From: Lingula anatina
Lineage: Eukaryota; Animalia; Brachiopoda
Reading direction: 5' to 3'
Length of the DNA stretch: 64,000 nt
NCBI GenBank assembly: GCA_051362555.1
Contig: CM120645.1
Location: 13,330,001-13,394,000, forward strand
Shown: positions 1 through 10,200 of the stretch, one piece after another
How positions within the stretch are numbered: position 1 is the stretch's first letter
Layout: every line of letters begins with the position of its first letter
Notes under the pieces: generated by a model
What the model was told of the DNA's origin: nothing
Seen by the model: the letters and a program-made list of their open reading frames with translations, nothing else
Database searches by the model: none
Position numbers and translations under genes: made by a program

Positions 1-552
1 ACAAAACAAAAAAAACGAACTTTAATTTCCCCACCTTAAATCATCATTGTGTTTTCGTACCCCATCAAAACCACATAATAATCAAAATTAGCTAATTATT
101 CTTTAGTCGCTACGTGCAGATTATAAATACTGATAATATACCCGACATGAAATAAAATTTATTGTATTGTATTGTATAACTCCTAATCTGTGCTTTAGCA
201 TTTCTTTCAGCGTGACCTAGTTTGAACCACTTCAAGCTGGGTCATCTAAATCCATTACACTTACGTAAAGGGACAAACCAAGTGTACAGCAAGTCATATT
301 GATATGGTCGGGTCACACCATGTCATTCTCCAAAAGGTGTGCAACTCTCACGTGATTTAATGGCATACAACTTTATCAAAATTTTCTAAAAATCGCCGTG
401 GTCAGCAGCCCCACTTTTATTTCTTTAATTTAATAAATAAATTGACGTTTCTTTCTTTTCTTTGAGTTTGAACCAAGCGCCAGGTGACGTGCATAACTTT
501 TCATAACAGTTTTCTTACAATCGTCACATGCATTTCTTTGCATTTTACTTAC

Positions 553-609
553 GTGTTCCTCTGTGAGCATATAAATGTCCAGGGAGCTGTTTGAAGACAT
601 GCTGGCCAT
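553..609 (-). CDS. Putative first coding exon of an unidentified gene running off the left edge
   Basis: Minus strand caaaATGG context, 19 codons MASMSSNSSLDIYMLTEEH, then a consensus donor CAC|GTAAGT. It lies divergent from the PIERCE ATG across a CpG-containing region. No homology recognised. Confidence 0.35.
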
Positions 610-1028
610 TTTGCAAATCGCAAAGCGCCAGAGACAACTCCACCTGTCAAGTCACTCACTGGCCTGCAGCGAAGTGCGCTGAAGGTGCGCGAGAGTACGC
701 GTGACTTTGTTATGATCTCGCACTTACGAGATCAAACAACTTTATTTAAGAGCAAATTTAAAGATTAATATATCTGTATCGGTATAAAAATATCGATAGA
801 TTTATTTCAGTAAAATGTGAGCTACTTATATGTGCCTTTTATTGAAAGTATAAGCAGAATTCAAATCATAGGTGGCGCTTTTAACAATTTTGTTTACATA
901 GTAACCATCTTGACAACGAGCGAAATAAATAGCATAAGCAAAGGGAAGGAAGCCATTATTGAGAACTAAACGCTTTGCGTGTGTTATTGTACATTTTAAA
1001 ATTATTTAACTAGAATTATTTAACTACA
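610..1028. promoter_or_regulatory. Promoter region of the PIERCE gene, possibly bidirectional, with RFX X-box, forkhead and DRE motifs
   Basis: GTTTACATAGTAAC at 892-905 resembles the RFX X-box and overlaps the forkhead core TGTTTAC (891-897). TATCGATA (DRE) at 791-798. CpG-rich stretch about 660-730. Confidence 0.55.
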
Positions 1029-4000
1029 ATGGCCTCAAACCAAGTCACACAGAACCCACAGGTAAGAAAAGGGTACTAATGAAACTGGTATACATTCTTT
1101 GTTACTGAAAAAAATACTTTTCCCATAACCAAGTCATCACATATTTTCGGTATTATTTTATGTTATTTCTAAGCAGAAGTATAATGTAGATGTAGTAAGC
1201 CTGACGTGATTTTTTGAAACGCATAAATTGATTAAAGGTATAAATTCATCACCATTGTTATTTATGTTGTCTAGACGAAATCTGATTTAGTCCACAGTGA
1301 TTTTATCCAGAATATGAAGTATTTTTGTAAATTTGATGCTTGCAAGGTGTTTTAGTGTACAGTAGACAGCCTTTGTACGTGTAGGAGAAACCCTTTGATC
1401 CGCCCGTCTAATGAAGAGCTTCAATTGGGCCAAAAGAGGTATTGAATTTTGCTCTTCATAACCCTTTTATTCTTGTTGAACTCATGAATAAATAATTACT
1501 GACATTCTTTTTTTTTCGGGATTTTAGGTCGCAGCAGTTGAGGAGGTAGTGGATTTTGCGCCAGGAGGAGTTCCAAAAGGTGCGAAGACCTCTGATTATT
1601 ATAGGACAAAAAACATTCCAGATAGATTTGAACATCCTGGTAGGAATCCATTTTTATATTTTTGTATAGGACCAATATGTATAAGAAGGCAGCAAAAGTT
1701 TTTAAGAGCATTATGACCAGAGGAATTGATTGAAGACTTCTATTGCCAAAGCTGGACAAACATTCTTGTGGATCAATAAGCTCAAATACTAGTATAGCAT
1801 GAAATCCATGTGTTAAGACTCCTATTGACAATTTTTGATTCACGCAGTGCTACATTAGCAGAGTGTACACATAAAAAAGTCATCAATAGGAGTGCTGCTG
1901 CATGAATTTCAAGCTATATTAGTATTGATCACTTGTAGTAATTCCCCTGACCTACTGCATACCATTATTCCTGTCACAGTTGCCAATTATCCACCCTGAG
2001 TTCCAAGGGCCATTGCACAGTTGTCTCTCTCTCTACTCTCATGCTGGCATACTGATAGTGGTGAGGTCAGTTTCCAACACTGAAACTCGGGGTACAGTTC
2101 TGTGACAAAGGGGGGGAGGGGGGGGGGGGGTCACAAAAAATAATGAACGAAGAAAAAAGTGATACTTTTGCTGCCTGCTTTCTTTATTGGTCCTATTAAA
2201 ATGAGGTGTCGTCTAATCAAGATGTCTCTTTTTTCCAGAACCATATAATCTGGGCAACCCTGTGTATACATGTAGAAACAATTACCAAATGCCCCAGCCT
2301 AGAGAAGATGGTCAGTATTTGGTGTAGAATAAAATGTATTGTGTGATGGGGTAAAAAAGTGACTGGATGTTATGATTTATGTTATTCCACAACTCTTCTA
2401 CCACTAGGTCTTACAGTACCAAACAAGAGGCTGTATTAAAAAACAAAAAAAAAAAAAACAAAGAATATTTGTAACAGATAAACGATCTATTGGTTGTTAT
2501 AGTGGAGACATAATACTTATTTTAAATGATACTTTTGAATGTGGAATTATGTGAAGATGTCACATTTTCCTACAACTCAGTATATTAGGACAATAATAGT
2601 TTACTTTAGTATTGATATCCAGTTGATATTGACCAGCAGGACTAATTTGTATTATTCTTTTGTTTTTTCTAGAGTGCTTTCAAGGCTATGGAAAACGTGA
2701 ACATCCCCTTTATAGAACAACAGCAAATAACTATGGAATGCAACCCCCATCTGTACATACCATGCCTACCACTTTCCACTGTAAATCTCAAAAGTTCTCT
2801 GAGGTAAGATTATAGCAAAGCATTATTGATTTGATGAAAAATGCAGTGTCATTTTATTGAAAAAAATATTGATATTATACTAAATATGATATACATTTGG
2901 TTGCTTTAAAGAGGACAGACTGGAAAGGCTTAGAAATATGTTAGAAAGATGTTAGTTTGCACAAGGCTAAGCTGTAATAGTTTTCTATAATGAACTTTTA
3001 TTTATTGTATTCAATTTTTTTTTTTTGGAGGGGGGGGGTTCAATTAAAGGGATAATAACTCTTCGTTTTGGCCAAAAAATGAATTTTCCTGGAGTAAACA
3101 ACAATTTTCCCATACTTACCAATGGTTAATGAATCCATTTTTACATTCAAAGTTAGTCCCTGGTTTTTTTCTATAAAGTATTGTTTTTTGTTAAAATCTC
3201 TTAAGAGATTATAACAGAGTATAGCCGTCAATGGCGGTCACGTGGTCTGACGACAAGCTCAAATATAAGAATAATAGCTATAACTGCCGTTGTTGTGGTA
3301 AAACAGAATATATTATATTTGTATGAGTTATTCGCAATGCTTTTATTGTGAAATAAAGATCTCATACGAAGAGTTATTATCCCTTTAAGTGAGGCTTACA
3401 CGAGTGATTTTGCTAAAACAGGCAATCAAATGGATAGATAAAAATACATTCAAACAAAATGCTTTAGTGATTCAGTGGTTCAACAACTGCATCAGTATGC
3501 AGTATGTCACATAACATTGCAACATTTTTCTATTGTCAGTATCTTAAAGAGAAACATCATTTTTTAGGCCTTTAAATGAAAAAAAAAATGACAATTTCTA
3601 GTCATTTTCAGTAAATTTTTTGCACATTTTGATCATTCAGGGTTTAAGGAGAGATGCATTGTTAATGCCCACTGTAATACAGTAATAGGTATGACAGTAG
3701 TGATGTCAGCAGTGTAGAGCACCCTCTCCTGAGGGCGGAGATCTATGCTAGTACCAGGGATTATCCCTGCTTCTCTTGTAACCTGACCCTGAAGTTATCA
3801 AAATATGAAAAAAATTACTGCAAATGACTAAAAATGGTCATTTTTCTTATTTTTAAGGCACCAGACACAGTAATCACATCCCAAATACTGTATATTTCAA
3901 GCAAGATCTTCATGTTTTCTCTTTCTCTTTTTCTCTTTTGTTAATGCCCACTGTAATACAGAAATAGGTATGACAGTAGTGATGTCAGCAGTGTAGAGCA

Positions 4001-4283
4001 CCCTCTCCTGAGGGCGGAGATCTATGCTAGTACCAGGGATTATCCCTGCTTCTCTTGTAACCTGACCCTGAAGTTATCAAAATATGAAAAAAATTACTGC
4101 AAATGACTAAAAATGGTCATTTTTCTTATTTTTAAGGCACCAGACACAGTAATCACATCCCAAATACTGTATATTTCAAGCAAGATCTTTATGTTTTCTC
4201 TTTCTCTTTTTCAGCATTTAGGAATCTGCGGCATGTACAGAGATCAAGGTCTAAACACATCTACAGATAAAAGCAAAGTATGA
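1029..4283 (+). CDS. PIERCE1: Piercer of microtubule wall protein (PIERCE1/C9orf116, DUF4490 family), ciliary microtubule inner protein
   Basis: Exons 1029-1061, 1528-1639, [2239-2310 optional], 2673-2803, 4215-4283, all GT-AG and phase-compatible. Skipped form is 114 aa: MASNQVTQNPQVAAVEEVVDFAPGGVPKGAKTSDYYRTKNIPDRFEHPECFQGYGKREHPLYRTTANNYGMQPPSVHTMPTTFHCKSQKFSEHLGICGMYRDQGLNTSTDKSKV. It matches the PIERCE1 motifs TSDYYR..RF..P..F.GY, YRT....YG and GM.R...LN. Confidence 0.9.
2239..2310 (+). CDS. Symmetric 72-nt candidate cassette exon of the PIERCE gene with a PIERCE2-like motif
   Basis: Acceptor ttttttccag, donor G|GTCAGT, phase 1-1, open frame EPYNLGNPVYTCRNNYQMPQPRED. It resembles the NPGNPVFSC motif of PIERCE2/C15orf65. 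Confidence 0.72.
3048..3384. mobile_element. MITE, Kolobok/T2-like (TTAA target duplication, AGG...CCT termini)
   Basis: TTAA at 3044-3047 and 3385-3388. TIR AGGGATAATAACTCTTCGT / ACGAAGAGTTATTATCCCT. A second 337-bp copy lies inverted at 28149-28485. Confidence 0.85.
3568..3859. repeat. Foldback/MITE-like element with about 75-bp imperfect inverted arms
   Basis: Arm 3568-3643 is the approximate reverse complement of 3786-3859, around a ~140-bp core. Confidence 0.6.
3661..4212 (+). repeat. Near-perfect tandem duplication (unit about 279 bp) ending at the last PIERCE acceptor
   Basis: GTTAATGCCCACTGTAATACAG starts at 3661 and at 3940. Both copies end in the same pyrimidine tract, but only the second is followed by CAG. 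Confidence 0.9.
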
Positions 4284-5312
4284 AGCTGCCAAAACAAATA
4301 AAGACTGATTCATTTGGAATCTTTTAAACATTATTTTTTATGGACAAGATATGGATTTATTTTAAAAAAGGGACTGGAACTGTTTCACATGGAGATTTCA
4401 GTTTGCATCAGTTGAATGATGATGATGGTTTCATGTATGTCAGTCCTCTGCAATGGAACTGTGGTGCAACTCCCAAATTATCAATAACAACAAAACATTT
4501 ATCATGGAGAAATATCTCTTGAGAGTTGCATGGAAAAACGTGAAGAAGGGAAGGGATTTTTTAAGGAGTAAGGGAGGGAACATTTTACATTCAAATAATA
4601 AGCAGTGTTGTCGTGAAAGTCACTTTTTGTGGTGCCTATTCTGCTGCTTCACTTGAAATATTTTATCCATTATCGAATTTTCATTATTGTGGTGTTCAAA
4701 GGAATTCTTCTTCATTGTTTACTCATCATGTGGAATTGCCATTGTCATTTTGTTGAAAAAGATAATAAATTTATTCTAAATACTGTAACAGTGTAATTTG
4801 CTGCTTTCAAACCAACAACCTTACAAGTTACAGAGAAGCATTAAACACACTTTTTTTTTGTGAATAATATTGAGGTAATATGTGATAACACTTTCAGTGA
4901 AGACATCTTCAGGTAGCTTTTAGCATTTATTTCTCTTCCTTTTGGCTGTATCACTAAGGCTCTAATTGAAAGAAAGTTGCCAAATGATTTCATCAGTAAA
5001 TTAACTAGATATACGCAATACCATTTGGTATAACGCAGTAAGAAAGTCGACTAGATTTTAGCAATCAGAGAAAACAGAATTATAACAAAGCAAAACAGAA
5101 TGCTTATATTTCTTCAGCTTTTATTTTTTTCCCCAATATTTCATCTCTCTTCAAATATAACAAGTATGCAAATTGCAGTTGGTTGACTCTCTACCTCAGC
5201 TGAAACATCTGCACAAAGCATGTGTTGGCAATGCTACAATTAATCAACCTTTGTTTCAAAGTACTGACAGTGACTGTTCTTTGTGAAGCCTACAGAAAAG
5301 AACTTTCTATAA

Positions 5313-5419
5313 GGCCCAGTTCAAAATAGGGGACTAACTAGTCCAAGGGTCAAATAGCTTTGTAATGGGTCGCCATATTTTGCCCTGGGTCTAGTTAGTC
5401 CACTGTTCTGAATGGTGCC
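5313..5419. mobile_element. PIF/Harbinger-type MITE, short internally deleted copy
   Basis: TAA flanks both ends. Imperfect TIRs GGCCCAGTTCAAAATAGGGGACTAACTAG / CTAGTTAGTCCACTGTTCTGAATGGTGCC. Same family as 12561-12735. Confidence 0.75.
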
Positions 5420-7260
5420 TAAGACTAGGGAACTGTGGATATCTTTATCAGTTAACCTGCAAAAACCTGCACAGAACGAAAATAAAATGGAAATGAATAA
5501 ATCCTCTCAATGGTATTCATGACACTTTAAAAATCTATTATAATAAATCATTTTTCTAAAGTATTCTTGTAAGACCTCAGCACTGTAATGTAAACCGACT
5601 TGATTTGTAATGGTTTATGGCTAAATATCAACATCTGGTACCTTAAATGATTGATGACACCGTTTCAGTGATGTCACTTTTACTTAATCCACTGATAGCC
5701 TAATATTTGGGACTGAATTCATCAAAACCTTTTTGATTTGAAACAGTAGGTCGAAGCCTAACAAAAAATCACTTGCAATATATCACATTATCATTACTCA
5801 AAGTGAAAATGAATTCAACACAGAAACAAATTCACTGGTATATTATCAGGATATCACAGTTACAAAGCTTGTAATTTTAATTAGAAGAAGAAGAAAAAAA
5901 AAAACAGAGTACAACATTGGTGCTAACATGGAAATTTTGTTTATATTCTAAGTTTAAAAGACAAGTCTGCAAGTGCATCTGATGCTTTGAAAATTACATT
6001 TATGACAACTATTAACGGCACCTTCATGAAAAACTATTTCCAGCCAACAGCTTTGATTTGTTTTCCAAACTAACAATCTTTTGGGTTGAAAATTCAATTA
6101 ATTTTTACTTATCACAGCTAACAGTAGGCAAATCATGGAGACATTCCCACTAAAAATTACTTCACAATCAAATCGGGGCAAAAAAATGTAACCAGAGACC
6201 TTTTATCTGAGATGGAATTCTTAATTCACAATCAAAATAGCCAAAACCTAGCTTTGAAATTCACTCAATGTTGCCCAATTGTGACTATTTTTGAGATCAA
6301 ATTTGTGTACTACACATGTATTTAAGGACAGAACTTTTAACTTCTTAAAAAAATAATAAAATAAATTATATTTTTAGAGCCTTATTTGGGACCATGACCG
6401 AGTGAGACAGTAAGGTGAGCAAAAGTGCATTTAAGAAATCAGTAAAAAACCTTTCTATTTGAGAGAAAAGAGAAAATCAAACTTCAACAAATGCCAAATT
6501 CAAATTTATGACCATTCACATTGAGCTATGGATCAAGAAAGAGACACGATTGTCAGAATTGTATAATACCAATTACCCCTCTCATTACAGTTTATCTAAC
6601 ATGTGTTCACTCATGCGGTGTAAAATTAACTCAAGACTGATCATCAGCAAGATTTAGATCACATACATTCTTCATGTTCAGACAATTTCTTCAGTTTAAC
6701 AAAAAGGCACTCATTTCTTTTGCATTTTGCACCATCTTGCTCTAAAAAAAAAGAGCTCATCAACCACGGGCACCACACCTCTACAGAAAAAAAAAATGTA
6801 CCTAATATTATATTATTATGTACAAAGAAGCTAAAATATGATATTTTCACATATTGGCCATGATTGGTAATGCAGCTACACCTGTATGACCCCTGTAAAA
6901 ACAAACCTGGGGTAAACATGAGCTATATTTCTCCACAATAATACTGGAGCTACATGTATTTACAATAAGTGGGGTGCATTTTTTAAACCACAATTTCCTC
7001 CGTAGAAGAGGGAAAATTTCAATGGCAACACATTACACTACCTCTCCCAAATTACAGTGGTTACTATGTAGGTCACACTATGGCCAACAGCATTTTTCTC
7101 GTGTAAACTAGCTCATGTGCACTAAGATTTCTGTAAATCCTGATAATTTTAAAATGCCTCCATTGTGCTCACATACATGTCCACAGGAATTGCACTGTTA
7201 ATAGGTAGACAATGACAATACAAAAGAGAGCAACACTAACTGCAGCTTTTCATATATATA

Positions 7261-10200
7261 TTACAGACTAGGTCCAAAGTCGGAAACCGATTCTGAGCTC
7301 TCCTCAAACCAGTTTTGTTGGGAACGTAGATAAAGTTGATACAGCCCTTGTGCGTGCTTCAGCACCGCCTGTACATTATGCTTTCTCACCATCTTATCAA
7401 AATGCATCGCAAGATCGTTATAGTCCATTGCGTTCAGCATGATAGTCTCTTTCTGTTGTTCCAGCAGCGTTAGGCACATAAAAACCAGGAATGGATTGCC
7501 GCAGCCAAACTCGCTTGGTGGCGGCAACTCGTGAAGCCTACTGGCACAGTCCACCTGTGTGGTCAAATGGTCAGTACAAGAGGTCAGATCTACTTGGTCA
7601 GTAAAACCAGAGTCAAAATAGCCTTTAGTTGGAGTTTCAGGCTGAGAGTGAGACGCCTGGGAATTGTTAATCCCAGAATCGCGTGATGCAAGACTTGTTG
7701 TGTCAGCCATTGTTAAATTAAGTGGCGCTGGGAGTTTAATGTCGGGTGGCCTTTGCTGGCGAATCTCACTTCCATTTTGACTTTGGGTGGTTCTCTGACC
7801 ATCTTTAGGCTGGGTGTTGTTATTGTTGTTAGTATTCTGTTTCTGAGACAAACCACCCTGATGCTGAGCCTCTTCTTTTCCCATCTCATTTAATGTGACA
7901 AAAAACACAGAATTTCCTTGGCAATCTCCTTTCCAGATATCACTACAATTAGAAGCAAGGGACACTGACGACGAGTTCCGAGTTCCAATGGATTCAAAAC
8001 TAGATGACTTATCACCAAAAGTGCTATCATTGCACAGTTTTTGACTATCATTTTCTATGCTGTCATTGCACAGCTCCCGTTTACTGGTGTCAGTATCAGT
8101 CAGCTCGTTAGAGGGGAATTCAAAACTGCCACTGTTTTCCTCAGCTTCAGTCACATCTGAATTGCACAATGTACTTCCTGTGGTGGACCCCATTTTTCCC
8201 ATGTCCACCAGGGACTTGTCAATGCTGGCCGATTTTGCTAGTATGGCCTTGGTGACGGGGTCACTGACAGGGACGTACTCATCAGAGCCCTCTAGGGTTT
8301 TGCTCTCATCCAATGGGGTGATGGGTTCCACACAGCGCACTGCGCCCTTTGGAGTCGATGCCTTGGAGTCTGGCCCCAATCTTTGAGGGGATGGGCTCCT
8401 TGGATTTTTCCCCGCAACAATGACTTTGGGTGGCGGGTTTGAACTGGATGGCGTTGGATGCAGCCGTCTGTACATGGCACGCAAGCGTGAGTAGGCAGTT
8501 TCTTTGCTTCCAAATGGAGATCCTGGAGAAAGCGAGGCAGAGCCAATGGTGAAGCCAGGCCCAGTCAGCTCAAGGTCGATCTCGGGAGGATCAGGGGGGA
8601 TGGAGCTCCATAGTACCTCCAACATGTAGAGAGCATCATTGAAAGGAAACTCCCTCTTCAGTTCCAGCAGCAGCCAGCGATAGCAGAAGAACAAGTCGTC
8701 AGCGTCATGGTGCTTCAAGTAGGCATAAAACTCTGGATCATGTTTCTGGAGAAGTAACGACAAGTGTTGGAATTTTGTGGTCATGACATGGCCATCCATC
8801 ATGAAGTTGTGTTTCATCCGCCTCATGATCGCACAGAAGCAAAGGTACGCATTTGCCTCGTCCTGTTGAACAAAGAGCAGGGGAGACACAACATCTCCCA
8901 TACCTTGGCAGTAAGACACTTCTGGGTGAGTGACAGCATAGGTGACTAAAATATTAAACAGAGACACAATGTTTTTGTTATCATCAGCACCAGCAAAGAA
9001 TTTGTGTGTGCGATCAGTTCGCAAGACGTCGCGTTTGACCATGTTTGTAATGTACTTCAGCTCTTCATTAGTGTTCACATGGTCGCGCCAAAAGTCTCGC
9101 AATTTGTAATATTCTTGAGATTTCTTCTTGAGATAGCTCATTCTCTCCTTCCCCGACAAGCCATCTGGGAACACATTCAATAGATGGCGCCACACAACTT
9201 TGCGCAAAGATGGCTCCACCCCTCCCTGGTAGACACTAAAGCGGAACTCCTGGGGGTTGAGCAGGCATCCATCAGAGTCCAGAAAGTTCTGTAATTCTTT
9301 ATCACCCATGGGAGGTTTTACTGGCTTGTAATCATCTTCTCCTCTTCTACCTGAAACAATAAATTATCTTAAGTTATATATCCATACTAAAAATTGGAAT
9401 ATAATCATATCATTAAATGGTTTGCTGAAAGAATCATAAGTTACTGTCACACTAGAAGAATTTCTTCAAATTGCACCCTTTTGATATAAATTTCTTAAAA
9501 CATCCTTTTACTTCCACAAGCTGACAATTTCCATTATGCCACTAATATCTTAAACCAACTACCTCAACTAGTTTTTCATAAATTATTCAACCATATAAAA
9601 CATATCAAATATTAAGTATGCTCTTTCTCTCACACACAGTTTACTTGAGAGATAATACCCTCATATTTCATTATCAACACAAGGAAGTCTGCCATGCTAC
9701 ATTGACTTACCAATGACTTTCTGAACATGTGAGACAGTTTTCCCGACATGTGTTGAGATGGAGTCAGACAGGGAGGCCAGAAAAGACTGGCTTGTGCTCG
9801 GCGCCTGCATCACCGGTACATCCATGGGAGCAATGATGTCCCAGTCATCGAGACCTAAAAGTGTTCAAGGACAGGACATATTACCAACTTGTTTTGAGTC
9901 AAGTTTAGAATAAATAAATAAATTAATGAAAAATTCAAAACTTCATACACAATATTTATATGCTTGTTTTGTGTTCAAGGACAGGACATATTACCAACTT
10001 GTTTTGAGTCAAGTTTAGAATAAATAAATAAAATAATGAAAAATTCAAAACTTCATACACAATATTAATATGCTATGTTTGTAAAGACAAAAAAAAAAGA
10101 GTTCTCATGACTTTTTTTTTTACCTCGACTTGCTTTGCCAAAACCACAAATGGCAAAGTCCAATTATTTTCCCAGTGCAATAATTCGAATGAGTCTGCCT

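Noticed and set aside
1496-1843. 115-aa minus-strand ORF
   Set aside because: Antisense to PIERCE exon 2 and its intron, with a non-ATG start and no recognisable motif.
3699-3787. Possible C/D box snoRNA
   Set aside because: The C box is imperfect, no guide target was recognised, and it sits inside a MITE-like foldback.
8057-8949. ORFs at 8057-8386, 8292-8546 and 8764-8949
   Set aside because: Shadow frames of the large TBC1D25 exon.
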